Source of the DNA: Acetobacteraceae bacterium
GTDB taxonomy: Bacteria; Pseudomonadota; Alphaproteobacteria; Acetobacterales; Acetobacteraceae
DNA: 24,000 nt
Assembly: GCA_947373495.1 (NCBI GenBank)
Contig: CANBXZ010000012.1
Span: forward strand, 1-24,000
Reading direction: 5' to 3'
The notes below the pieces were generated by a model, which saw only the letters and a list, made by a program, of their open reading frames with translations, was not told the origin of the DNA and did no database searches. Below, piece after piece: positions 7,807 to 16,108 of the stretch. Position 1 is the first letter of the stretch, and each line of letters begins with the position of its first letter. Made by a program: the position numbers and the translations under genes.

Positions 7807-7842
7807 CCCCGGGGCTTTTGCGGCATGGTGCCTGCCCCGGGG
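7807..7842 (-). terminator. Stem-loop between the DedA and GMC genes (9-bp arms CCCCGGGGC / GCCCCGGGG, 18-nt loop)
   Basis: The arms are at 7807-7815 and 7834-7842. On the minus-strand RNA the hairpin follows the DedA stop (7861) and abuts the GGGGGGA Shine-Dalgarno of the GMC gene. It could be a terminator or an intercistronic structure. Confidence 0.3.
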
Positions 7843-7860
7843 CGCGCCGCCAAGCCGGCC

Positions 7861-8433
7861 TCAGCCAGTGGCGCGGCGTCGTTTCAGCCAGTGCCGCAGC
7901 GCCACCACCACCAGCGCCAGCACCGCGATGCCCAGGATGCTCCAGCCCAGCCCGGCCGGGCCCAGCCATTCCCCCAGGAACCAGCCCGCCGCCACCAGGC
8001 TGGCGGCCCACAGGGTGGCGGCCACCGCGTCCAGCAGGGCGAAGCGGGCCCAGGGCATTTCGGTCATGCCGCAGGCGGCGGCGCCGAAATTGCGCACCCC
8101 GTACAGGAAGCGCAGGCCGAGCACGAACAGCGTGCCATGCCGCGCCAGCGTGCCGGCCATGGCGCCCAGCGCCCGTTCCGCCCGGGGCGATTTCCGCAGC
8201 ATCGCCGGCCCATAGCGCCGGCCGAGCGCGAACCAGGCCTGGTCGCTGACGAAGGCGCCGGCCCAGGCCGAGGCCATCAGCAGCCAGGGGTCCACGCCGC
8301 CGGCCACGGCGCCCAGCGCGGCGGCGGCCAGCACGAAGCTCTCGCCTTCGAAAAACGCCCAGAGCGCCGCCACCGCATAGGCGAGGCTCCCCCATTCGGC
8401 CAACCAGGCTGCCAGCGTCGGACCCTCCCGCAA
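7861..8433 (-). CDS. DedA-family (VTT domain) inner membrane protein (190 aa)
   Basis: Contains WAFFEGESFVLAAAALGA followed by DQAWFALGRRYG, RFLYGVRNFGAAACGMTEMPW and hydrophobic C-terminal helices. The only available start is TTG at 8433, and its Shine-Dalgarno is weak, so the start is uncertain. Confidence 0.75.
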   Translation of the reverse strand: MREGPTLAAWLAEWGSLAYAVAALWAFFEGESFVLAAAALGAVAGGVDPWLLMASAWAGAFVSDQAWFALGRRYGPAMLRKSPRAERALGAMAGTLARHGTLFVLGLRFLYGVRNFGAAACGMTEMPWARFALLDAVAATLWAASLVAAGWFLGEWLGPAGLGWSILGIAVLALVVVALRHWLKRRRATG

Positions 8434-8438
8434 GACCG

Positions 8439-8475
8439 TTGAGATTTGACAGAAATATTACAGCAAGGAAATGCC
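8439..8475. promoter_or_regulatory. AT-rich patch in a divergent intergenic region, likely the promoter zone for the DedA and/or TctC genes
   Basis: ttgagatttgacagaaatattacagcaaggaaatg is conspicuously AT-rich against the GC-rich background. It contains a perfect TTGACA (8446-8451) and TTGAGA (8439-8444) on the plus strand. On the minus strand a TGTAATAT-like element sits around 8455-8462. I found no convincing -35/-10 pairing. Confidence 0.3.
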
Positions 8476-8573
8476 GAACCATCAGGCCGGCAGCCCGGTG
8501 TTTCCAGCCGGGCGCTTCGCGGTCTAGCCTGCCCCGCAGCGGCCGCCAGAGCCGACCGAACGGGAGGATGTCC

Positions 8574-9560
8574 ATGCTCACGCGCCGCACCCTGGGCCTG
8601 TTGGCCCCCTTGGCCCTGCCCGCCTTTGCCCTGCCCCGGCTGGCCCGCGCCCAGGCCGAATGGCCGGACCGCCCGGTGCGGGTGGTGGTGCCCTTCGGCC
8701 CCGGCGGCGCGATCGACATTCTGGTGCGGCTGATGGCGCCGCATTTCCCGGCCCTGGCCAATGGCCAGCCGCTGCTGGTGGAGAACCGGCCCGGCGCCGG
8801 CGGCACCATCGGCGCCGGCGTGGCGGCGCAGGCGCGGCCTGATGGCTATACCCTGCTGATGGCCGAACAGGGCTCCGGCCTGCTGGCGCATGAGCTGTAC
8901 CGCAACCTGCCCTATGACCCGCGCACCGCCTTCACCCCCATCATCTTCCTGGCGGCGCTGCCGATGGTGCTGCTGGTGCGGGCCGACCTGCCGGCGCGCA
9001 CGGTGCCCGAGTTCCTGGCCTATGCCCGCAGCAAGCCGGGTGGCATGACCTATGGCAGCGTCGGCACCGGCCATATCAGCCACCTGACGGCGGAATTGCT
9101 CGCCGACCGGGCCGGGGCCGGCATGCTGCACGTCACCTACCGCAGCGGCGCCGAGGTGGTGACGGCCATCGCCAAGGGGGAGATCGACTTCACCATCAAC
9201 TCGCTGTCCTCGGCGGCGCCGGCGTTGCAGGGCGGCAAGGGCCGCGCCCTGGCGGTGACCACGCCGGAACGCCTGCCGCACATGCCGGAGGTGCCGACCA
9301 TCGAGGCCACGCTGCCCGGTGTTGCCGCCACGCTGTGGTACGGGCTGGTGGGCCCGGCCGGCATGCCGGCGCCGCTGGTGGCGCGGTTGAATGCGCTGTG
9401 CAACGCGGTGCTGGCGGTGCCGGAGTTCAAGGCGGCGCTGTTGCAGCAGCAGGGCACCACGCCCATCGGCGGGCCGCCGGAACGCCTCGCGCAGCACTTC
9501 GCCGCCGAAACCGCGCGCTGGGTGCCGGTGCTGCGCGCCGCCGGGGTGCGCGCCGAATAG
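8574..9560 (+). CDS. TctC/Bug-family substrate-binding protein (328 aa)
   Basis: The ATG at 8574 lies 6 nt after GGGAGG; the ATG at 8568 is an alternative. A signal peptide MLTRRTLGLLAPLALPAFALPRLARA is followed by QAEWPDRPVRVVVPFGPGGAIDILVR. Later motifs are YGSVGTGHISHLTAE, VTYRSGAE and LPHMPEVPTIEATLPG. Confidence 0.92.
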   Translation: MLTRRTLGLLAPLALPAFALPRLARAQAEWPDRPVRVVVPFGPGGAIDILVRLMAPHFPALANGQPLLVENRPGAGGTIGAGVAAQARPDGYTLLMAEQGSGLLAHELYRNLPYDPRTAFTPIIFLAALPMVLLVRADLPARTVPEFLAYARSKPGGMTYGSVGTGHISHLTAELLADRAGAGMLHVTYRSGAEVVTAIAKGEIDFTINSLSSAAPALQGGKGRALAVTTPERLPHMPEVPTIEATLPGVAATLWYGLVGPAGMPAPLVARLNALCNAVLAVPEFKAALLQQQGTTPIGGPPERLAQHFAAETARWVPVLRAAGVRAE

Positions 9561-9625
9561 CGCCTGGTTGCCCGAGGCCCGGATGTCGCACGGCGCCGAT
9601 CAGGCTTGCTGCCGGAAAAGCCGGC

Positions 9626-9656
9626 GCGTGAGCATTGCCGCCGGGAATGCTCACGC
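9626..9656. terminator. Stem-loop, candidate bidirectional terminator between convergent genes
   Basis: Perfect 11-bp arms GCGTGAGCATT (9626-9636) and AATGCTCACGC (9646-9656) with a 9-nt loop. It lies 66 nt after the TctC stop and 9 nt before the stop of the converging Mo-subunit gene. Confidence 0.5.
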
Positions 9657-9664
9657 CTCAGCCG

Positions 9665-12001
9665 CTACCCCGCCGCCTGGATCGCCGCCCATACCCGCGC
9701 CGGGGAGGCCGGCATCTCCAGGTGCCGCACGCCCAGCGGCCGCAGCGCGTCCACCACCGCGCTCATCAGCGCCGGCAGCGCGCCGACCGTGCCAGCCTCG
9801 CCGGCGCCCTTGACGCCCAGCGGGTTGGTCTTGGTCGGCACCGGGTTGCTCAACACCTCCAGGGCGCAGAAGTCGCTGGCGCGCGGCATCTGGTAGTCCA
9901 TGAAGCTGGCGGTCAGCAGTTGGCCGTCCTGGTACTGCACATTCTCGCCGAACACCTGGCCCAGCCCCTGGGCGATGCCGCCATGGATCTGGCCCTTGAC
10001 CAGCAGCGGGTTGATGACGGTGCCGACGTCGTCCACCACCACATAGCGCAGCAGCGCGGTCTCGCCCGTCTCAGGGTCCACCTCCACCTCACACACGTGG
10101 CAGCCATTGGGGAAGGTGGCGTCGCCCGGCCGGGTGATGAGCAGGGCGGACAGGCCCATTTCCTCGCTCATCGGCAATTGCCCGGGGATGTAGCTGCGCT
10201 TCGCCAACTCCTCGATGCCGATGCCGCGGTCGGTGCCGGCGACGCGGAACTGGCCATCCTCGAACTCGATATCCTCCACCGCGGCTTCCAGGAAATGCGA
10301 GGCGATCTGCTTGCCGCGATGGATGATCTTCACCGCCGCGCCGACCAGCGCGCCACCCGCCGCCATCATGCTGCGGGAGCCGATGGTACCGCGGCCATGC
10401 GTCACCAGGTCGGTGTCGCCATTGATGAAGCGGATGCGTTCCGGCGGAATGCCCAGGCGTTCGCTGGCGATCTGGCGGAACACCGTCTCGTGGCCCTGGC
10501 CGTGGTTGTGGCTGCCCATCAGCAGCGTCACGCTGCCGCCATTGTCGAAGCGGATCTCGGCGGCTTCCTCCATCGGCCCGCGATGCGGCCCGCCGGCGCT
10601 TTCAATGGCGTTGGCAATGCCGATGCCGCGCAGCTTGCCGCGGGTGGCGGCCTCGGCGCGGCGGGCCTCGAACCCGGCCCAGTCGGCGGCTTCCAGCGCC
10701 ATCGCCTGGTTCCGTGGGAAGTCGCCGCTGTCGTACTTGTAGTCCAGCCCGGTCTGGAACGGCATCTGGTCGGGCGTGATCAGGTTGCGGCGGCGCAGCT
10801 CCACCCGGTCCAGCCCCATTTCATCGGCGGCCAGGTCGATGACGCGTTCCATGGCGTAGATCGCTTCCGGCCGGCCGGCGCCGCGATAGGGCGCGGTGGG
10901 CTGGGTATTGGTCAGGATGCCGCGCACCTCGGTGCAGATATGCGGCGTGCGGTACACCCCGGCCAGCCCGCCGACATTGTTGGTGGAGGAAACCGGCCCC
11001 TGCCACGCCAGGTAGGCGCCCAGGTTGCACAGCGTGTCCACCCGCAGCGCGAGGAAATTGCCCTCGGCATCCAGCGCCAGTTGCGCGGTGGAGAGGTTGT
11101 CCCGCGCATGGGTGTCGCACAGGAAGCTTTCGGTGCGCGTCGCGGTCCAGCGCGCCGGGCGGCCCAGAACCTTGGCGGCGTGCAGGCACAGCACGTATTC
11201 CTGGAACGGGCTTTCCTTCATGCCGAAGCCGCCGCCGACATCGGGCGAGATGATGCGCAGCCGGTTGCTGGGAATGCCCAGCGCGAATTGCGCGATCTCA
11301 TTGCGCATCACATGCGGCAACTGGGTGCCGGTGGTCAGGGTGTAGCGGTCCTCGATGGGGTCGTGCGTGGCCAGGGCGTTGCGCGGTTCCATCGGGTTGG
11401 CTGAGACGCGGGTGACGCGGAAATCAAGCCGTGCCACATGCGCCGCGCGGGCGAAGGCGGCCTGCACCGCCGCCGCATCCCCCAGGCGGAAGAACACCGA
11501 TTCATTGTCGGGCGCGATGCCGGGCCACACCGCCGGTGCGCCGGGCTGTACCGCCTCGGCCACGTCGGTGACGCAGGGCAGCACCTCGTACGCCACCTCG
11601 ATCGCCTCGGCCGCATCCTGCGCCGCGGCGCGGGTTTCGGCGAACACCGCCGCCACCGCGTCGCCCACATAGCGCACCTGGCCCTGGGCCAGCATGCGCC
11701 ACGGGGTTTGCGTCAGCGGCGCGCCACTGCGCTGGTGCCGCGGCGTCACGCAGCGCAGCACGCCCAGCTCGTCCACGTCATCGCCGGTCAGCACCAGCAG
11801 CACGCCCGGCATGGCCCGCGCCACCGTGGTGTCGAGGCGGGTGATCCGCGCCGAGGCGTGGGGCGAGCGCAGCACATGCAGCTGTGCGGCATCGGGGGCA
11901 CGGATGTCGTCCACGTAGCGCCCGGCGCCGCGCAGGAAGCGCACATCCTCCACGCGTCGCATCGGGGCGCCGATGCCGTGGCCGCTTCGGGTGGGTTGCA
12001 T
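9665..12001 (-). CDS. Xanthine dehydrogenase/CoxL-family molybdopterin-binding large subunit (778 aa)
   Basis: The true start is the ATG at 12001 (MQPTRSGHGIGAPMRRVEDVRFLRGAGRYVDDI), 11 nt after the upstream MBL gene stop. Family motifs are SPDVGGGFGMKE, APYRGAGRPEA (form II CoxL-like AYRGAGR type) and the C-terminal GVKGAGEAGTVGALPA with the catalytic Glu. The 1042-aa track ORF is an artefactual N-terminal extension. Confidence 0.93.
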   Translation of the reverse strand: MQPTRSGHGIGAPMRRVEDVRFLRGAGRYVDDIRAPDAAQLHVLRSPHASARITRLDTTVARAMPGVLLVLTGDDVDELGVLRCVTPRHQRSGAPLTQTPWRMLAQGQVRYVGDAVAAVFAETRAAAQDAAEAIEVAYEVLPCVTDVAEAVQPGAPAVWPGIAPDNESVFFRLGDAAAVQAAFARAAHVARLDFRVTRVSANPMEPRNALATHDPIEDRYTLTTGTQLPHVMRNEIAQFALGIPSNRLRIISPDVGGGFGMKESPFQEYVLCLHAAKVLGRPARWTATRTESFLCDTHARDNLSTAQLALDAEGNFLALRVDTLCNLGAYLAWQGPVSSTNNVGGLAGVYRTPHICTEVRGILTNTQPTAPYRGAGRPEAIYAMERVIDLAADEMGLDRVELRRRNLITPDQMPFQTGLDYKYDSGDFPRNQAMALEAADWAGFEARRAEAATRGKLRGIGIANAIESAGGPHRGPMEEAAEIRFDNGGSVTLLMGSHNHGQGHETVFRQIASERLGIPPERIRFINGDTDLVTHGRGTIGSRSMMAAGGALVGAAVKIIHRGKQIASHFLEAAVEDIEFEDGQFRVAGTDRGIGIEELAKRSYIPGQLPMSEEMGLSALLITRPGDATFPNGCHVCEVEVDPETGETALLRYVVVDDVGTVINPLLVKGQIHGGIAQGLGQVFGENVQYQDGQLLTASFMDYQMPRASDFCALEVLSNPVPTKTNPLGVKGAGEAGTVGALPALMSAVVDALRPLGVRHLEMPASPARVWAAIQAAG

Positions 12002-12012
12002 CGGGCGGTTCC

Positions 12013-12876
12013 TTATTCGGCGGCGGTGGCGAAGCCCAGCCCATCCGGGCCGGGGGCCACGCGGATGACGCCGGGGAAGGGAATATGCGCGCCGGCCAGC
12101 CGCAGGCCGGAGGCACTGACCTCGGCCAGCAGGTCCAGCCGCATCTGCTGCGCGCGCGGGCGGTCGGCGTCGAACAGGAAGCCCCATTCCGGGTGCTTCA
12201 CCTGCAAGGCCGGCAGGTGCAGCACGTCGGCCGAGATCAGCACCGGGTTGGCGCTGCCGAGTTGAAAGCCCACCTGCCCCGGGGTATGGCCGGGCAGCGC
12301 GCGCACCCGCACGCCGGGCAGCAATTCCTGCCCGGGGCGGAAGCTGGACAGGCGGTCGCGATACACCCGCATGGCGGCTTCGGCGAAGGGCAGCTGGATG
12401 GATTGCAGCTCGTCCAGCGCAGCCGGATTCTGCCAGAACGCCATTTCGTCTTCGGCCACATGCAGCGCCGCGCGCGGATAGGCGGCCTGCCCGGCCAGCA
12501 CCAGCCCGGCGGCGTGGTCGCCATGCAGGTGGGTCATGAACAGGTCGGTGATGTCGCCGGCCGCATAGCCCGCCGCCTTCAGGGCGCGCGGCAGGTGGCC
12601 CAGCATGGCGCCGCGGCGGTCGCTGTCGCCGGCATCCACCAGGCAGAGCCGGTCCGCGGTTTCGATCAGGAAGGCGTTGACCGACAGCGTCATGTCGTTG
12701 AGGTCCTGGCCATCGGCGATGGCCAGGTCGTCGCCGATGCCGCGGACCACGTCCGGGAAGCGCGACAGGTTCAGGTCCAGGTAGCCGTCGCACAGCGCGA
12801 TCAGCTTCGGGCCATCCACCGGAATGGCCTGTGCCATGCCGCCGGCGGACCGGATGCGCCGTGTCGTTTCACCCAT
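12013..12876 (-). CDS. MBL-fold metallo-hydrolase (lactonase-like, 287 aa; an alternative start at 12837 is possible)
   Basis: Contains CLVDAG, the metal motif THLHGDHAAG (HxHxDH) and LPGHTPGQ, with later D/H residues. AAGGGAA lies about 9 nt upstream of the ATG at 12876. The stop at 12013 is 11 nt before the Mo-subunit start. Confidence 0.88.
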   Translation of the reverse strand: MGETTRRIRSAGGMAQAIPVDGPKLIALCDGYLDLNLSRFPDVVRGIGDDLAIADGQDLNDMTLSVNAFLIETADRLCLVDAGDSDRRGAMLGHLPRALKAAGYAAGDITDLFMTHLHGDHAAGLVLAGQAAYPRAALHVAEDEMAFWQNPAALDELQSIQLPFAEAAMRVYRDRLSSFRPGQELLPGVRVRALPGHTPGQVGFQLGSANPVLISADVLHLPALQVKHPEWGFLFDADRPRAQQMRLDLLAEVSASGLRLAGAHIPFPGVIRVAPGPDGLGFATAAE

Positions 12877-12945
12877 GCCTGAACATTCCCTTTATGCGCC
12901 GCGCGTCCTGCGTTGCGGCGAAGCTAGAACATGCGGCCTGCCGCG

Positions 12946-13929
12946 TCATTCCCGCGGCAGGCCGGTTTCCTGCACGATGCGCGCCCATTGCACCAACTCG
13001 CGCTCCACCCGCTGGCCGAGCGCTTCCGGCGTGCTGGTGACGGAAACGATGCCGACCGCGCCGATGAAGCGGCGGGCTTCCTCGGTTTCGCCGATGGCGA
13101 CGACTTCCCGGTGCAGCCGGGCGACGATGCCGGGCGGCGTGCGCGCCGGCACCCAGATGGCGTTCCAACTGGCGAAGTCGAAGCCGGGGAAGCCGGATTC
13201 CTGCATGGTCGGCACGCCGGGCAATTGCTCCACCCGCTGCGCGGTGGTGACGGCCAGGGCGCGCAGGGTGCCGGCGCGCAGGTGTTCCATCGCCGGGCCC
13301 AGGTCGGTGACCATGTACTGCAACCGGCCGCCCAGCAGGTCCGTCATCGCCGCCGGAGTGCCGCGGAAGTTGATCATCTCGGCGCGGATGCCGGCGGCGG
13401 TGTTCAGCAGGTGGGCGCCGGCCAGGCCGCCGGCATTGCCGATGCCGTAGTTCAACTGCCCCGGCCGCGCCTTGGCATGGGCGATGAAGCCGGCCAGGTC
13501 GGTGGCGGGGAAATCCGCCCGCACCAGCAGCGCCAGCGGGTTGATGCTGATGAGCGAGACCGGGGCGAAGTCCCGCACCGCATCGAAGCCCGGCTCCTTC
13601 ACCAGGTTCGGCCCGGCGGCATGGGTGGAGACGGTGCCGAAGAACAGCGTGTAGCCATCCGGTGCGGCGCGGGCGGCGGCGCGGGCCGCGATCATGCCAT
13701 TGGCGCCGCCCATGTTCTCCACCGGCACCGGCTGGCCCAGGGCGCGGGACAGGCGCTCGGCGTAGAACCGCGCCAGCGTGTCGGTGCCGCTGCCGGCCGG
13801 AAACGCCACCAGCGCGCGCACCGGGCGGCTGGGCCAGGCGTCCTGCGCGCGCGCCACGGCCGGGGCGGCAAGCGCCAGGGCCACGCCAAGGCGCGCCAGG
13901 GCGTGGCGCCGGGTGAGGGATGGGGTCAT
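12946..13929 (-). CDS. TctC/Bug-family substrate-binding protein (327 aa)
   Basis: I trimmed the start to the ATG at 13929, with GGGAGG 7 nt upstream. A signal peptide MTPSLTRRHALARLGVALALAAPAVARA is followed by QDAWPSRPVRALVAFPAGSGTDTLAR. Later motifs are YGIGNAGGLAGAHL, INFRGTPA and LPGVPTMQESGFPGF. Confidence 0.92.
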   Translation of the reverse strand: MTPSLTRRHALARLGVALALAAPAVARAQDAWPSRPVRALVAFPAGSGTDTLARFYAERLSRALGQPVPVENMGGANGMIAARAAARAAPDGYTLFFGTVSTHAAGPNLVKEPGFDAVRDFAPVSLISINPLALLVRADFPATDLAGFIAHAKARPGQLNYGIGNAGGLAGAHLLNTAAGIRAEMINFRGTPAAMTDLLGGRLQYMVTDLGPAMEHLRAGTLRALAVTTAQRVEQLPGVPTMQESGFPGFDFASWNAIWVPARTPPGIVARLHREVVAIGETEEARRFIGAVGIVSVTSTPEALGQRVERELVQWARIVQETGLPRE

Positions 13930-14108
13930 GGCCGGGCCTCCCAGGGGCGCCCATTGCGATGGGCGGTCATTCTGCCGCCATCCTGGCAAACCGCCGGAAG
14001 GCCGTCCATGGCCGATACCCTGGCCCCCCTCCTTTGGCCCCAGTGCGGCGCTGGGCTTCGTGCGGCTCTGGCCTTACGCTGCGCCTCAACGTCCCGAGGA
14101 AACCCAGC

Positions 14109-15149
14109 ATGGCCAAGCCGCTTCCGCTTCTGCCCACCACCGTTGTCGGCAGCTACCCGCAACCGGCCTGGCTGGTGGACCACAACACGCTGCGCGGCCG
14201 CCTGGTGCCGCGGGTGCGGGCGCCGGAGCTGTGGCGCATCGGCGCGCCCTTGCTGGAGCTGGCGCAGGACGACGCCACCCTGCTGGCGATGCGGGACATG
14301 GAACGCGCCGGCATCGACATCATCACCGATGGCGAGATCCGCCGCGAAAGCTATTCCAACCACTTCTCCAATTCGCTGGCAGGCATCGACGCCGCCAACC
14401 CGGCCGAGGTGGTGGGCCGCACCGGCGCCACCACCGTGGTGCCGCGCGTGGTCGGCCCGGTGCGCCGCACCCGCGCGGTGGAGGTGCGCGATGTCGCCTT
14501 CATGCGGGCCAATACCGACCACGTGACCAAGATCACCCTGCCTGGCCCCTTCACCATGACCCGGCAGTGCAAGAACGAATACTACGCCGATGAAGCCGAA
14601 CTCGCCCTGGCCTACGCCGCGGCGCTGAACGCGGAAATCCGCGAGCTGAAGGCCGCCGGGGCCGATGTGATCCAGCTGGACGAGCCCTGGATGCAGGCTT
14701 TTCCGGAACAGGCGCGCGACTTCGCCATTCCCGCCATCAACCGCGCGCTGGAAGGCATCGAGGGCACCACGGTGGTGCATCTGTGCTTCGGCTATGCCGC
14801 CATCGTCGGCAACAAGCCCGCGGGCTATTCCTTCCTGCCGGAACTCACCGCCTGCACCGCGCAGCAGATCAGCATCGAGGCGGCGCAGCCGAAGCTGGAC
14901 CTGAACATCCTGAAGGAATTGCCGAACAAGACCATCATGCTGGGCGTGCTGGACCTGGGCGCGGCCGAGGTGGAAACCGCCCAGACCGTGGCCGCGCGCA
15001 TCCGCGCCGCGCTGGAGGTGCTGCCGGCGGAACGCCTGGTGCCGGCGCCGGATTGCGGCATGAAGTACCTGCCGCGCGACAGGGCCTTCGGCAAGCTGAA
15101 GGCCCTGGCGGATGGCGCCGCCATCGTGCGCCGCGAACTGGGCGCCTGA
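14109..15149 (+). CDS. Single-domain cobalamin-independent methionine synthase (MetE C-terminal/Meth_synt_2)-family Zn-dependent transferase (346 aa)
   Basis: The ATG at 14109 is preceded by GAGGA 8 nt upstream. Contains LLPTTVVGSYPQPAWL, GIDIITDGEIRRESY and IQLDEPW. The Zn-ligand pattern is VVHLCFGY (His-x-Cys), ISIEAAQ (Glu) and APDCGMKYLPR (Cys). At about 346 aa it is far shorter than the two-domain MetE (about 750 aa). Confidence 0.88.
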   Translation: MAKPLPLLPTTVVGSYPQPAWLVDHNTLRGRLVPRVRAPELWRIGAPLLELAQDDATLLAMRDMERAGIDIITDGEIRRESYSNHFSNSLAGIDAANPAEVVGRTGATTVVPRVVGPVRRTRAVEVRDVAFMRANTDHVTKITLPGPFTMTRQCKNEYYADEAELALAYAAALNAEIRELKAAGADVIQLDEPWMQAFPEQARDFAIPAINRALEGIEGTTVVHLCFGYAAIVGNKPAGYSFLPELTACTAQQISIEAAQPKLDLNILKELPNKTIMLGVLDLGAAEVETAQTVAARIRAALEVLPAERLVPAPDCGMKYLPRDRAFGKLKALADGAAIVRRELGA

Positions 15150-15151
15150 GC

Positions 15152-16108
15152 ATGCGCCGCCGCGCGCTGCTGGGCGCCGCCCTCGCCTCTCCCTCGCTTG
15201 CCCTGGCGCAGCCGGGCTTCCCCAATCGCTCGCTGCGGCTGGTGGTGGCCTGGGCGCCGAGCGGGGCGATCGACACCATCGCCCGCCGCCTGGCGCAGAA
15301 GCTGACCGAGGCGCTGGGCCAGTCCGTGGTGGTGGAGAACCGCTCCGGCGCCTCCGGCAGCATCGGCGCGGCCGAGGTGGCGCGCGCGGCGCCGGATGGC
15401 CACACGCTGCTGGCGCTGGACAGCACCTACGGCATGATGCCCTTCCTGGTGAACAACCTGCCCTTCGACCATGCGCAGGCGTTCCGGCTCATCACCATCA
15501 GCGCCTTCACCCCGGTGGTGGCGGCGGTGCATCGCGACGCGCCGTGGCAGACGCTGCGCGACCTGACCGAGGACGCGAAGCGCCGGCCGCAGGGCATCAC
15601 CTATGGCAGCGGCGGCGTCGGCAGCAGTGTGCAATTCGCCACCGTGGCCTATGAACTGGCGGCCGATGTCCGGCTGTTCCACGTGCCCTATCGCGGCGGC
15701 GGCGAAGCGGTGACAGCCACCATGGCCAAGCAGGTGGATGTGGTCTTCGCCTCCCCCAGCGCCGCCATGGGCGGGGCTTCCTCGGTACTGCGGCCGCTGG
15801 CCATCAGCGGGCCTGGGCGGCTGGCCATGCTGCCGGAGGTGCCGACCTTCGCCGAGGCCGGGCTGCCGGGCTACAACATCCTGCACTGGTCCGGCCTGGC
15901 GGTGCCGCGTGCCACGCCGGATGCGGTGGTGCAGCGGCTGTACACCGAGGCGGCGAAGGCATTGGCGGCGCCCGAGATCGTCGCCTTCCTGGCACAGATC
16001 GCCAGCCTGCCCGGCGGCATGCCGCCCGAAGCCGCCGAACGGCAACTGGCCGAGGAGACGGTGCGCTGGCGCCAGGTGGTGGCCGCCGCCGGCATTCGCC
16101 CGCAATGA
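15152..16108 (+). CDS. TctC/Bug-family substrate-binding protein (318 aa), divergent N-terminal ligand-loop motif
   Basis: The ATG at 15152 lies 2 nt after the MetE-like stop. A signal peptide MRRRALLGAALASPSLALA is followed by QPGFPNRSLRLVVAWAPSGAIDTIAR. Later motifs are YGSGGVGSSVQF, VPYRGGGE and LPEVPTFAEAGLPGY. Confidence 0.92.
   Translation: MRRRALLGAALASPSLALAQPGFPNRSLRLVVAWAPSGAIDTIARRLAQKLTEALGQSVVVENRSGASGSIGAAEVARAAPDGHTLLALDSTYGMMPFLVNNLPFDHAQAFRLITISAFTPVVAAVHRDAPWQTLRDLTEDAKRRPQGITYGSGGVGSSVQFATVAYELAADVRLFHVPYRGGGEAVTATMAKQVDVVFASPSAAMGGASSVLRPLAISGPGRLAMLPEVPTFAEAGLPGYNILHWSGLAVPRATPDAVVQRLYTEAAKALAAPEIVAFLAQIASLPGGMPPEAAERQLAEETVRWRQVVAAAGIRPQ

Noticed and set aside
64-8809. 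Many other long ORFs overlapping the called genes (for example 64..1221+, 1468..2541-, 2370..3701-, 4138..5442-, 4971..6110-, 5504..6793+, 5983..7482-, 6309..8249+, 7619..8809-)
   Set aside because: All are opposite-strand or off-frame shadows of genes with strong homology signatures. Their translations are repetitive Arg/Gly/Pro/His-rich strings with no domain motifs.
9635-11404. A 589-aa plus-strand ORF (TTG start) antisense to the Mo-subunit gene
   Set aside because: It is a shadow frame of a GC3-rich gene. It has a low-complexity Ala/Gly/Arg/His/Gln composition, no recognisable motifs and no ribosome-binding site.
9665-12793. A 1042-aa ORF in the track, suggesting a giant fusion protein
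   Set aside because: The first 264 codons are Arg/Pro/Gly-rich and overlap the well-supported MBL hydrolase gene (12013..12876) in another frame. The CoxL-type homology begins exactly at the ATG at 12001 (MQPTRSGHGIGAPMRRVEDV), 11 nt after the MBL stop.
13930-14108. A cobalamin or SAM-II riboswitch upstream of the MetE-like gene
   Set aside because: I could not recognise a B12 box or GCCACTG core, nor the U-rich SAM-II pseudoknot consensus. The region is also short for a cobalamin element once it accommodates two divergent promoters. An Rfam scan would settle this.
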